A DNA stretch of 64,000 bases. Origin: Desulfonatronovibrionaceae bacterium. GTDB lineage: Bacteria; Desulfobacterota; Desulfovibrionia; Desulfovibrionales; Desulfonatronovibrionaceae. Of this stretch, positions 48,406 to 57,714 are shown piece after piece; within the stretch, counting starts at the first letter, position 1; every line of letters starts with the position of its first letter. A program made the translations under genes and the position numbers. The notes under the pieces were generated by a model. It saw only the letters and a program-made list of their open reading frames with translations. It was not told the origin of the DNA and did not search any database. The DNA is taken from positions 62,001 through 126,000 of the forward strand of contig JBKHGE010000002.1 of the NCBI GenBank assembly GCA_046539845.1, read 5' to 3'.

Positions 48406-48723
48406 TTAGACCAAGAGATTTATTCCCTGGCGGTTTTCCAAATCCAATTCCTGGAGCCTTATTTCCGGGTACAAGGCGTGCACCTGGAAGGAGAGGACTT
48501 TTGCCTGGGGATAACCGGGACGGATTCGGGCCAAAAGGGTCATGTCCTCGATGCGGACCAGGGCGTAATTGGGGCCCACATACTGCAGCACTGCCCCCTG
48601 GACTATGTCTCCGACCGCATAGAGCTGTCTGAATTTTCTTTGCCGCGGGTTGCTGGAGCGGTAGTAAAGGAGCTCTCTTGCCTTTTCCTTGATGCGCATG
48701 GAGTATGCCGTTTTTCTACTCAT
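48406..48723 (-). CDS. Hypothetical protein (105 aa)
   Basis: Fills the gap in a tightly packed minus-strand run; start overlaps the upstream gene end. Confidence 0.65.
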   Translation of the reverse strand: MSRKTAYSMRIKEKARELLYYRSSNPRQRKFRQLYAVGDIVQGAVLQYVGPNYALVRIEDMTLLARIRPGYPQAKVLSFQVHALYPEIRLQELDLENRQGINLLV

Positions 48724-49000
48724 TCGTGGTCATTGCGGATCTTTTCCTTTCCCGGCGAATGAGATAGAGGTTGCGGATATAGATAACAAGCCCTCCGCCC
48801 TGCCCGAGGATAAATACCGGATCGCGGCGGTATATGGCGTAGGAGAGAAGGAGAGCACCCCCGGCCAGGCTCAGGTGCCAGAAGTGTATGGGGATGATGC
48901 TCCGTTTGGCCTTTTCGCTGGCTATCCATTGGACCAGGAAGCGGCCGGAAAAAAGGAGCTGGGCAAAAAGCCCTATGCCGATCCACATCTTTTCTACCAT
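48716..49000 (-). CDS. Lipid A biosynthesis N-terminal (LAB_N) domain protein
   Basis: GLFAQLLFSGRFLVQWIASEK..SIIP..FW.LS, DPVFILGQ, IYIRNL; TGATG coupling to the GT2 gene. Confidence 0.88.
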   Translation of the reverse strand: MVEKMWIGIGLFAQLLFSGRFLVQWIASEKAKRSIIPIHFWHLSLAGGALLLSYAIYRRDPVFILGQGGGLVIYIRNLYLIRRERKRSAMTTNE

Positions 49001-49773
49001 CAGGTATATACTCTTTTTTGTCCGGGGCAATTGGAGTCTTTTGTGCAGGGCAAGACCCCCCGCCCTTTCATCCAACTGACCGCCAGGGTGTCAATTAGTC
49101 CCACCCAAAGCCGGTTTTTTATGCCGTATTTTGTCTTTCCCTTTTGCCGGGGGCGATGGTTGACCGGGATCTCTTCGATCTTTTCGAATCCGTTGATCCT
49201 GGCCAGTGTAGGTATGAACCGGTGCATGCCTTTGAACAAAAACACCCCCCTTAGGCACTCCCGTTTAAAGGCGCGCAATGAACAGCCGACATCGCTTATC
49301 TGTTCCCCGGTGACCAGGTTGCGGAAGCTGTTCGCCGTGCGGGAGGAGATCCTGCGAATCCGGGAGTCCCTCCTTTTTGCCCTTTTGCCGTTGACCATGT
49401 CCGCGCCCGTGCTTTGCAGCCGATCTAAAAGCACAGGAATGTCCGCGGGGTCATTCTGTCCGTCTCCGTCCAAGGTGACGATTATCCTCCCGCTGCAGTT
49501 CTGCAGGCCGGTGTAAAGAGCAGCGGACTGGCCGTAGTTTTTGTCCAGGGCTATATAGCAATGGCCTTTATACCTCTTGGTCACTTCCTTAAGAGCCTCG
49601 CGGGTGTTATCCTCAGAGCCGTCGTCTATCCACAGACATTCCCGCGGGGAATTTATCCCCCGGCATGCCTCTTCTATCTCTTCGGCCAGCTGGACTATAT
49701 TTTCCGCTTCATCCTTTACCGGGACCAGGATGCTCACTTCGATCTTTTGGGTGTCGGCCGCGGTTACGTCCAA
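49000..49773 (-). CDS. Glycosyltransferase family 2 (polyprenol-phosphate sugar transferase, ArnC/DPM-like)
   Basis: ILVPVKDEAENI, IDDGSED, NYGQSAA, TLDGDGQNDP, GMHRFIP; TTG start after GGAGG. Confidence 0.9.
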   Translation of the reverse strand: MDVTAADTQKIEVSILVPVKDEAENIVQLAEEIEEACRGINSPRECLWIDDGSEDNTREALKEVTKRYKGHCYIALDKNYGQSAALYTGLQNCSGRIIVTLDGDGQNDPADIPVLLDRLQSTGADMVNGKRAKRRDSRIRRISSRTANSFRNLVTGEQISDVGCSLRAFKRECLRGVFLFKGMHRFIPTLARINGFEKIEEIPVNHRPRQKGKTKYGIKNRLWVGLIDTLAVSWMKGRGVLPCTKDSNCPGQKRVYT

Positions 49774-49774
49774 A

Positions 49775-50203
49775 TCACCTCCCTCGGTTGTGTTCGCTTT
49801 CAATAATCAGCTCCACCTCGTCTTTGGAGAGCCCGCTGGTTTCAGCCAGGTCATTGATTTCCTTCCCCTGTCGATAACCCTTGATCACTGCCTGACGGAC
49901 AAACTGAGGGGATTTGGTAAAACTGTCCGCCATTTTGAGGAGCTTGTGCAGTTCCTGGGAGCGGGATTCCAGTTTTTTTTCCAGCTCCAAAAGTTCTTTT
50001 TGTCTTTCTTCGAAATTCTGGATCATTTCCTGTTCCAGGGTGGTGTTAAACCTCAGCTTGTCCAGAAAGGTCTTCTGGTTTTTCTGCAGCTGATTGAGGA
50101 GGGCCTCGGAACGTTTCAGGCGCAGGAAAAAAAATAGAACCAAAAGCAAAAGCAGGACCTCTATAATTCCGGTAATGATTATTGTCCAATGAAATGAGCC
50201 CAT
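49775..50203 (-). CDS. Single-TM coiled-coil protein with C-terminal HTH-like segment
   Basis: N-terminal TM, coiled coil, INDLAETSGLSKDEVELI. Confidence 0.75.
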   Translation of the reverse strand: MGSFHWTIIITGIIEVLLLLLVLFFFLRLKRSEALLNQLQKNQKTFLDKLRFNTTLEQEMIQNFEERQKELLELEKKLESRSQELHKLLKMADSFTKSPQFVRQAVIKGYRQGKEINDLAETSGLSKDEVELIIESEHNRGR

Positions 50204-50228
50204 AATAGTAAATGCTGCTGAGTCCGGG

Positions 50229-50549
50229 TTATATTTCCAGGTTAAGGATGTTACCCACTTCCGAGTCTGGGTCCCCAGGATCTTCTGCCTGATCGTGCTG
50301 CTTTTTGTCCTGTTTTTCCTGTGGCAGACTGTGCTTTTTACCTTTTTCCTCTCCTTCCTTGTGGACGAATATTCTGCCCTCGCTCTTTTCCACCTGTTGT
50401 ACCTGTTGCTGGTCCCGCTTGTGTTTCTGCAGGGCCATCTCTCCCAGAAATCCCTGTTGCACCTTGGGTGCGTCCTGATTGACCACCTGGATCTTTTGCA
50501 GATTGGGGGTCTGGGAAAGGAGTATGGCCATTTGCTGATACGCGTTCAT
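50229..50549 (-). CDS. Gln/Lys-rich hypothetical protein
   Basis: GGAG RBS; ends GNILNLEI; first gene after a sigma-54 promoter. Confidence 0.7.
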   Translation of the reverse strand: MNAYQQMAILLSQTPNLQKIQVVNQDAPKVQQGFLGEMALQKHKRDQQQVQQVEKSEGRIFVHKEGEEKGKKHSLPQEKQDKKQHDQAEDPGDPDSEVGNILNLEI

Positions 50550-50645
50550 GTCATCTCTCCGAAAGAACCCGGTTTAAAGTCAAAATCTGCCTAAGGCCTG
50601 TCAAGAAACTCTCCATACAGTGAGCCGGGTCTTTGTTTCTCTGCT

Positions 50646-50661
50646 AGCAAAAATAATACCT
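50646..50661 (-). promoter_or_regulatory. Sigma-54 promoter
   Basis: Minus strand AGGTATTATTTTTGCT (GG-N10-GC, TTGCT). Confidence 0.5.
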
Positions 50662-50756
50662 GTTAAAGTATAAGCCCAAAATCCGATTTTGTCATCAGGG
50701 CGGGGAAGGGGGGGTTCGGGAGGATGCGCTGCGCTTCAGGGAGGAACGGGGATGGA

Positions 50757-51482
50757 TTATTTGATGTAGTATTCCTCAATAAGCAGATCTGAGAGCTTGC
50801 CGTTACTCAGATGTTTATTGACCACACTCAAGAGATCCTTTTTCAGTCTGTCTGCGTTTTCTTTGTTTTGCAACGAGATAAGCTCTTTGTTTTTTAGGTA
50901 GTAGTAGATAGCATCCCGTAAAAGGAGTTTTTTGCGGTCTATTTCCCAGGCCAGTTTACTATTGTCCGTGGACAGGGCAAAGCGGCAGTTCAAAAAGATG
51001 GTCCCGTTTTCAGTCTCGTGCGGGATCCAGAACTTTTCCAGGGCGATGCTTTCCCGGGATTTTGCCTCGGGTTTTTCCCGGGCTTCCTTTTCCGGTTCCC
51101 GGGACTGAGAAGGGGCGTCTTTTTCCCCGGAAAAGAAGAAAAAAACAACCGCCCCGATAAGAATAAGGAGCAGACTGACTGCTGCGGCCAAAACCCACCA
51201 CCTCTTGGCTCCGGCCAGCTTTTTGTCCCCTTTGTCCTCTTTTTCTCTTTCCTGCTCTTCGTCCTGTTTTTTCCCCGAGTCGTCTTCTTCCAGGTCCTCG
51301 TCCAGAAAGGGGGCGTCGTCCAGGTCCAGCTCCACCTTTTCCTTGCCCCGGTCTGAGGGCTCAAAACCGTTGTCCAGGGAGACATTTTCCCGGCTGTGGT
51401 CCTCTTCCTCCCGCCGTTCCGGCTCAGGGGTGTTTTCCGGGTCGTTTTTTTCCGGGGGATCGTCCGGGACTAGAAAAAGCAT
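50757..51482 (-). CDS. fliL: Flagellar basal body-associated FliL family protein
   Basis: Acidic N-terminus, single TM, LRDAIYYYL..K, LK.DLL..VN; last gene of the flagellar cluster. Confidence 0.75.
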   Translation of the reverse strand: MLFLVPDDPPEKNDPENTPEPERREEEDHSRENVSLDNGFEPSDRGKEKVELDLDDAPFLDEDLEEDDSGKKQDEEQEREKEDKGDKKLAGAKRWWVLAAAVSLLLILIGAVVFFFFSGEKDAPSQSREPEKEAREKPEAKSRESIALEKFWIPHETENGTIFLNCRFALSTDNSKLAWEIDRKKLLLRDAIYYYLKNKELISLQNKENADRLKKDLLSVVNKHLSNGKLSDLLIEEYYIK

Positions 51483-51497
51483 GGAGTCACATGGTGC

Positions 51498-51881
51498 CTA
51501 TTCAAAGATTTTGTCTATCTTCTGACCCAGGGTTTCCGCGGTGAATGGCTTAACGATATAGTTGGAGACCTTGGCCTGGACCGCCTCGATTATGTTCTCC
51601 TGCTGGGCCTCGGCAGTGACCATGAGAAAGGGCATGTCAGAGAACTCCTCGCTGGCCCGGACCTTGCGCAATAGCTCGATGCCGGTCATCTTGGGCATGT
51701 TCCAGTCGCTGATTATGAAATCTATCTTGTCTTTGTTCAATATCTCCCAGGCGGTGGTCCCGTCGTCCGCCTCCACGATATTGTTGTAACCCAGCTGCCG
51801 CATTATATTTTTTATTATTCTGCGCATGGTCGAGAAATCGTCAACTATCAATATCCGCATATCCTTGTTAATTTCCGCCAT
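51498..51881 (-). CDS. cheY: Chemotaxis response regulator CheY
   Basis: LIVDDFSTMRRIIKN, SDWNMP, MVTAEA, YIVKPFT. Confidence 0.95.
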   Translation of the reverse strand: MAEINKDMRILIVDDFSTMRRIIKNIMRQLGYNNIVEADDGTTAWEILNKDKIDFIISDWNMPKMTGIELLRKVRASEEFSDMPFLMVTAEAQQENIIEAVQAKVSNYIVKPFTAETLGQKIDKIFE

Positions 51882-51892
51882 GAATGGTCCCC

Positions 51893-52681
51893 CTAATAGT
51901 TGCCGAATCTTTCAGTGAATTTGTTTCTCAGTTTGGCCAAGGATTGTGAATGGAGCTGGGAGATACGCCCCTCGGTGATATCCATCACCTGGGCCACTTC
52001 CTTCATGGTCAGCTCTTCCACATAATAGAGCGAGAGCACGAGTCGCTCCCGATGAGTCAATTCATCAATAAGTTTGCTCAATTTGTCAACAATATCCTGA
52101 AATACCGTGGACGGAAGGGGATTCGATTCCCGATGCTCCTCCATGATAGTAGAGTAGTTGTCCTGGACCGCCTCAAAGCTCAGGCAGAGCTGATTATTCA
52201 GGGCGCTTAGACCCTCGTCTACATCTTCGGCGGAAAGCCCGGTCTCCTGCTGGATCTTTTCCGAAGAGGGGGACTGGCCGTGGAGCTGCTCAAAATGGTG
52301 AATGACCTCCTCGATTTTCTTGATCCTTTTTCTGAACCCGCGGGAAAGCCAGTCCATCCTGCGCAGCTCGTCCAGCATGGCCCCGCGGATACGGTTGTCC
52401 GCGAAAGTCTCGAATTTGATTTTCTGCCCGGGGTCGAATTTTTTCACCGCTTCCATAAGCCCCATGGTCCCGGCACTGATGAGCTCCTCGAGGTCCACGT
52501 GTTTGGGCAGCTTGTGCTTCAAACGCAGGGCGGTGATCTTGATTTTCGGAGCGTATTCCCGGAATATCTGTTCCTGTTTCTCCGGGGGCAGCTCTTGAAA
52601 ATATATTCCCGGCTCCTCCAAGACCTTCCAGGCCTTATTCCCGGAAGAGGAGTTTTTTCCAGAAGAATTTGATATTTCCAT
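51893..52681 (-). CDS. fliA: Flagellar sigma factor (sigma-28)
   Basis: DLEELISAG, RIRGAMLDELRRMDW, LYYVEELTMKEV, RISQLHS. Confidence 0.95.
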   Translation of the reverse strand: MEISNSSGKNSSSGNKAWKVLEEPGIYFQELPPEKQEQIFREYAPKIKITALRLKHKLPKHVDLEELISAGTMGLMEAVKKFDPGQKIKFETFADNRIRGAMLDELRRMDWLSRGFRKRIKKIEEVIHHFEQLHGQSPSSEKIQQETGLSAEDVDEGLSALNNQLCLSFEAVQDNYSTIMEEHRESNPLPSTVFQDIVDKLSKLIDELTHRERLVLSLYYVEELTMKEVAQVMDITEGRISQLHSQSLAKLRNKFTERFGNY

Positions 52682-53447
52682 CCAGTTGCTCAACCGGTTT
52701 CCAGTTGACGATCTTTCGGGCGCAGCTGCTCAGAGCTGCGGCCGCAGGAATAGAGTCCATGGTGAAAAAGGGGACTTGACTGCTGACCGCTTTTTTAACT
52801 CCCGGGTCCAGGGGTATGGTCCCGGTCAAATCCAGGGATATGCCCTCCAGAAAGTGGTCGCAAGCGGCATAGAGTTTCTTGAATACCTCCTGGCCGTCCT
52901 TTTCCGAGCGACACATGTTTATAAGTACCCGGAAGCGGTGGATGCCGTGATTGTTGTTCAAAACCTTTATCAGGGCATAGGCGTCTGTGAGCGAGGTGGG
53001 CTCCGGGGTAATGACCACCAGGAGTTCCTGCACCGCCAGATTGAAATAGATAACATTATCGCTTATTCCCGCTCCCGTGTCCACGATAAGGAAATCCAAA
53101 GAGTGGTCCAGCCGGTCCATGGCTTCCAAAAGCTCGAGCTTCTGCCCGGCGGAGAGACTGTTTATCTCTGTAGCCCCGGAAGAGGCCGGAAGTATGGTGA
53201 ACCCGTAGTTGGTTCGGACCAGGATTTCTTCCAGGGAGACCCCGGATTCGAAGAGGTGGAAGATATTGTATTTCGGTGTCAGGCCCAGAAGTACATCCAC
53301 ATTGGCCAGGCCCAGGTCAGCATCGAGCAAAAGCACATTTTTGCCCATTTCGGATAGGCAGTGGGCCAGGTTCACGGCCATGTTTGTCTTGCCTACCCCT
53401 CCCTTGCCCGAGGTCACGGAGAGGACGACAGGTAGATTATTATTCAT
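52635..53447 (-). CDS. flhG: Flagellar number regulator FlhG (MinD-like ATPase)
   Basis: SGKGGVGKT, DADLGLAN, DTGAG, PEPTSLTDAYALIK; between flhF and fliA. Confidence 0.92.
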   Translation of the reverse strand: MNNNLPVVLSVTSGKGGVGKTNMAVNLAHCLSEMGKNVLLLDADLGLANVDVLLGLTPKYNIFHLFESGVSLEEILVRTNYGFTILPASSGATEINSLSAGQKLELLEAMDRLDHSLDFLIVDTGAGISDNVIYFNLAVQELLVVITPEPTSLTDAYALIKVLNNNHGIHRFRVLINMCRSEKDGQEVFKKLYAACDHFLEGISLDLTGTIPLDPGVKKAVSSQVPFFTMDSIPAAAALSSCARKIVNWKPVEQLDGNIKFFWKKLLFRE

Positions 53448-54513
53448 ACAGGATTCCGTTGTTGCCCGAAGGCATTTCATGTTTGAATATAAGCCGCCAG
53501 ATATCCTTTTTGGCCACCCGATGCGAGCAGTCCCTGAGGCCGATGCCGAAGGAGAATCCGGATACCGGCAGGCCGGTCCTCCAAGTCGTATTCAGTATGC
53601 CCCCGAAGATACATGCCTCGTCCAGTTTAGTCCAGATAAGGCTTTTGAGTTCCGGGTGGGAATATCTGCGGATATAGCTGTGCATATGGATGTCCGCATA
53701 CACTGGACTCAAAACCAGGTGCAGGCCCATGTCTTCCGGATGGTCGCCGCGGGCCAAGAGCCAGTCTTTAAGGTCCTGGCCCGGAGTCATGCCCGGGATG
53801 TCCACCAGGACCAGATCGTGTTTTTTGCGCAGGCTTCCCAGCCGGCCCCAAAGCGCCCGGGAGGCGATTTCCTCATAGGCGAACCCGGAAAGGTCGCAGT
53901 AGTGCTTAAGAAACAGGCGCCCCCCGGCGTGCAGGGCATCCGCATTGGCCACGCATACAGAGATTTCCTTGTGCTTGCGTTTGCACTCCAGGGCGTAGCG
54001 GATGAGTGATGTGCTCTTGCCTGCTCCGTTGGGGCCGCAGAACCCGATGACTTCCTGCCGGGGGAAGTTCTGGGTCTCCAGCCCGCCGGTTTCCAGGAAT
54101 TCGTCCAGGACCGCCAGAGTGGGGCGGCCGTTTTTGTGCAGCCTGTGCCATATGCGCATGATCAGTTCCGGGGCCACTCCCTCCTTTTCCAGGTGCTCCA
54201 ATCCCAGGGCCTGCCTGGAGGTGAGCTTGGACTTGTCCAGGCCGGGGCGAATAAGATCAAAAATGCTTTTTTTGAAGGTTTCCCATTCCCGGCGCCACCC
54301 CGGGTCCACTGGATCGGAGCCCAGGGCAAAGTCCTGCGCGGTTCTGCCGTTGTCCGCATCTTTGTTCTCCAGGCCAGCGACCACCTCGCAGACTGGCTTG
54401 CCCTCGATTTTTTTGTGTTCCGTGCTCAAAATGGCCGCCTCTGAGCCCAATTCAGACTTTATTCTGCCCATGACCTCGGACAGGGTCCGGCCGGTATAGG
54501 TTTTAACCCGCAT
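53440..54513 (-). CDS. flhF: Flagellar SRP-type GTPase FlhF
   Basis: MRVKTY..IKSELG.EA.ILS N-terminus, GPNGAGKS, TKLDE; follows flhA. Confidence 0.88.
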   Translation of the reverse strand: MRVKTYTGRTLSEVMGRIKSELGSEAAILSTEHKKIEGKPVCEVVAGLENKDADNGRTAQDFALGSDPVDPGWRREWETFKKSIFDLIRPGLDKSKLTSRQALGLEHLEKEGVAPELIMRIWHRLHKNGRPTLAVLDEFLETGGLETQNFPRQEVIGFCGPNGAGKSTSLIRYALECKRKHKEISVCVANADALHAGGRLFLKHYCDLSGFAYEEIASRALWGRLGSLRKKHDLVLVDIPGMTPGQDLKDWLLARGDHPEDMGLHLVLSPVYADIHMHSYIRRYSHPELKSLIWTKLDEACIFGGILNTTWRTGLPVSGFSFGIGLRDCSHRVAKKDIWRLIFKHEMPSGNNGILYE

Positions 54514-56611
54514 CGTCCATCCTCACTACCTTGGCCGATTCCAGTCTGATGTCCGGCGGGATCTCCGCCTGGGAGATAACCGGCAGAATGGGGATGAACC
54601 TCTGGATGAGCTGGGCCAGGTGAGGCCGGACCTGGGGGGAGACCAAGAGGGCCGGTTGTCCTTCCGTGACCGTGTTTTTCTCCATAAATTTGTTCAAGGC
54701 CTGGATGATCTTCTGCGCCCTGGCCGGTTCCAGGGCCAGAAATGTGCCCTGGTCCGACTGCCGGACACTGTCCTGGATGACCTTGTCCAACTGCTCGTCA
54801 AAGGTAATTATGGGCAGGATGTTGTTTTCCGATAGATAAGGCTTGGTCACCGCCCGGCTCATTTTTTGGCGGATGAGTTCGGTTAACTGCTCTGCGTCCT
54901 TGGTTTGGGTCCCGAAATCAGCCAGGTTCTCCACGATGGTCAAAAGGTCGCGGATGGACACGCCCTCCCGGACCAGATTCTGCAGGACCTTCTGCACCGT
55001 GCCCAGGTTGAGCGTCCCGGGCACAAGATCTTCGACTGCCTTGGGCGCCCTCTGGGCGAGATTGTCCAGCAGGCTCTGGACCTCCTGTCTGCCCAGAAAT
55101 TCGTGCAGGTTGCGCTTGAAGACCTCGGTCAGGTGGGTGGCTATCACGGTGGAGGGGTCCACGACCGTGTATCCAGCCATGGTGGCCTCTTCCTTGCGTT
55201 CTTTGGGTATCCATAGGGCCGGGAGGTTAAAGGCCGGCTCCAAAGTCTTCACCCCTTTTATCCTGTGTTTGACGTCTCCCGGGTCCATAGCCAGATAGTG
55301 GTCGATCATGATCTCCGCCCGGGTTACTTCGTTGCCCTTGATCTGGACCGCGTATTCCCCGGGTTTGAGCTGCAAGTTGTCCCGCAGGTGCAAAGAGGGG
55401 ATGACCACGCCCATATCCAGTGCGAACTGTCTGCGGATGGATTTAATGCGTGAGAGCAGATTGCCGTTTTGTTCTTCGTCCACCAGGGGGATGAGCCCGT
55501 ATCCGACTTCGAGTTCCAAAGTATCCAGGGGAAGCAGGCTCTGGACCTCTTCCGGAGTGTCGGCTGTTTTTTCTTCTGCCTTCTGGCCCTTTTGGGCCTC
55601 TTTTGCCTCCAGCATGGCCCGGTTTTTGGCGGACATGATCGCGATCATAAAAATGGCTGCGGACAGGATGCCGAAGGCCAGAGTGGGCATTCCCGGGACC
55701 AGGGCGAACATGAGCAGTACGCCGCTGACCAAGCGCAATGCGCGGGGGTGGAATGTGAGCTGGCCGATGATCTCTTCGCCCATCTGTGCTTCAGCCGCGG
55801 CCCGGCTGACTATCATGCCCGCAGAGGTAGAGACTATGAGCGAAGGGATGGTGGAAACCAGTCCGTCGCCTATGGTCAGCAGGGTATAGGTTTGGGCCGC
55901 TTCCATCCAGGCCATGTCCTTCTGAAAAACGCCGATAAGCAGCCCGCCGACTATATTGATAACCGTGATCAATATGCCGGCGTTGACATCACCCTCCACG
56001 AACTTGCCCGCACCGTCCATGGCCCCGTAGAAGTCCGATTCCTTACGCAGGGCCTCGCGCTCTTTCTTGGCTTCTTGTTCGTCAATCAACCCGGCGTTCA
56101 GATCGGCCTCGATGGACATCTGCTTCCCGGGCATGGCATCCAGGGTGAACCGAGCCGCGACTTCCGCTATGCGGGTGGTGCCTTTGGTGATGACCATTTT
56201 GTTCAGGGCAAAAAGGATAAGGAAGATGATTATCCCGATGGCAAAGCTGCCCCCGACAACAAACTGCCCAAAGGCCTCGATCACATTTCCGGCCGCCCCT
56301 GGGCCGCGTTCTCCGTGTAAAAGAATAAGCCGGGTGGAAGCCACGTTAAGGGCCAGGCGGTTCAGGGTGGTCACCAGGAGTATAGAGGGGAAAATGGAGA
56401 ACTCCAGGGGCGACTTCATGAACATGGTGGTCAGGAGAATGACCAGGGAAAAGGAAATACTGAAGGAGAGCATAAGATCCAGGACGATGGTGGGCAGGGG
56501 AATGAGCATCACGAACAGGATTATGACCACTCCTCCGGCCAGGAGGATGTCTCCCTGCTTGGCGAAGCGGGAGTAATCCAGGTTCATAATTGCTGATTGT
56601 TTTGATGCCAT
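54503..56611 (-). CDS. flhA: Flagellar export gate FlhA
   Basis: RIAEVAARFTLDAMPGKQM, DFYGAMDGA, LTIGDGLV. Confidence 0.97.
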   Translation of the reverse strand: MASKQSAIMNLDYSRFAKQGDILLAGGVVIILFVMLIPLPTIVLDLMLSFSISFSLVILLTTMFMKSPLEFSIFPSILLVTTLNRLALNVASTRLILLHGERGPGAAGNVIEAFGQFVVGGSFAIGIIIFLILFALNKMVITKGTTRIAEVAARFTLDAMPGKQMSIEADLNAGLIDEQEAKKEREALRKESDFYGAMDGAGKFVEGDVNAGILITVINIVGGLLIGVFQKDMAWMEAAQTYTLLTIGDGLVSTIPSLIVSTSAGMIVSRAAAEAQMGEEIIGQLTFHPRALRLVSGVLLMFALVPGMPTLAFGILSAAIFMIAIMSAKNRAMLEAKEAQKGQKAEEKTADTPEEVQSLLPLDTLELEVGYGLIPLVDEEQNGNLLSRIKSIRRQFALDMGVVIPSLHLRDNLQLKPGEYAVQIKGNEVTRAEIMIDHYLAMDPGDVKHRIKGVKTLEPAFNLPALWIPKERKEEATMAGYTVVDPSTVIATHLTEVFKRNLHEFLGRQEVQSLLDNLAQRAPKAVEDLVPGTLNLGTVQKVLQNLVREGVSIRDLLTIVENLADFGTQTKDAEQLTELIRQKMSRAVTKPYLSENNILPIITFDEQLDKVIQDSVRQSDQGTFLALEPARAQKIIQALNKFMEKNTVTEGQPALLVSPQVRPHLAQLIQRFIPILPVISQAEIPPDIRLESAKVVRMDDAG

Positions 56612-56628
56612 AAAATTGACGTCCGGAC

Positions 56629-57693
56629 TTATCCGGGTTGCTTTTTGTATTTATAGAGTTCTGCCAGTATTGCGGCCACCGCCTTGTACATCTCTTCGGG
56701 TATGGACTCTCCTATTTCCACACTCTTATACAAAGCCTGTGCCAAGGGCTTGTTCTCCCGGATGGGCACATCGTGCTCCCTGGCGATTTCTTTGATCTTT
56801 TCCGCCATGTAGTCCGCGCCCTTGGCCAGGACCAGAGGCGCCGGGGCCTTGCTAGGGTCATACTTCAGGGCCACGGCAATATGGGTGGGGTTGGTAATGA
56901 CCACGTCCGCCTCCGGGACCTCCTTTCTCATCCGTTGCTGCATGGAAGAGAACATCTTCTGACGCTGCTCTTTTTTCATGGCTGGGTCGCCTTCTGCCTG
57001 CTTGCGTTCGTCCTTGATCTCGTCTTTGGTCATTTTCAGGTTTTCCTCGTAGTCCCAGCGCTGATAGACTAGGTCGATTATGGCAATTATGATCATGGGC
57101 ACCAGGGCGTAGAGGAATGTCTTGTATCCCAGCTCCAGGATGTACACGATCACCCCCTCGATGCTCTGGTAAAATAGGGGCAAAAAATTGTGGATCTCAG
57201 ATTTGATCACCAGGTACGGGGCCACGGCAATGACCGCGGCCTGAAAGATGCTGCGGACCAGCTTGATCGCGGAATTCAGGTTACATATCTTTCCCAATCC
57301 GCTTACTATATTAAATTTGGATATCTTCGGCTTGAACGGCTTGAAGGTCCACAGGTGTCCGACCTGGGCCCGGATACAGACAACACAGGCCAGGAAAACA
57401 AAGAGCATTATCGGCAGCAGGATCAAGGCCATCTGCTGTATGCTGTAGACAAACACGGAGCGTATGGTGTCCGTGTTCAGGTCCATAAGGATCTGCTTGT
57501 CCAGGAAAAAGCGGCAGGTCTCGGTGAGTTTTGTGCTTATAAACGGAAAGGTAAGGCGGATGATGATCAGTCCGGCAACAATAGTTACCGCTTTGGGCAT
57601 CTCCTCGCTTCGGGGTACATTCCCTTCCTGGCGGGCCTTTCTCCTTTGTTTGGGAGTGGCTTTTTCCGTTCTGCTCGGGTCTTTTTGGGGCAT
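56629..57693 (-). CDS. flhB: Flagellar export switch FlhB
   Basis: RTEKATP, EGDP, VITNPTH autocleavage motif. Confidence 0.97.
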   Translation of the reverse strand: MPQKDPSRTEKATPKQRRKARQEGNVPRSEEMPKAVTIVAGLIIIRLTFPFISTKLTETCRFFLDKQILMDLNTDTIRSVFVYSIQQMALILLPIMLFVFLACVVCIRAQVGHLWTFKPFKPKISKFNIVSGLGKICNLNSAIKLVRSIFQAAVIAVAPYLVIKSEIHNFLPLFYQSIEGVIVYILELGYKTFLYALVPMIIIAIIDLVYQRWDYEENLKMTKDEIKDERKQAEGDPAMKKEQRQKMFSSMQQRMRKEVPEADVVITNPTHIAVALKYDPSKAPAPLVLAKGADYMAEKIKEIAREHDVPIRENKPLAQALYKSVEIGESIPEEMYKAVAAILAELYKYKKQPG

Positions 57694-57714
57694 TATTCAA
57701 TCCGGGGTTGCATT

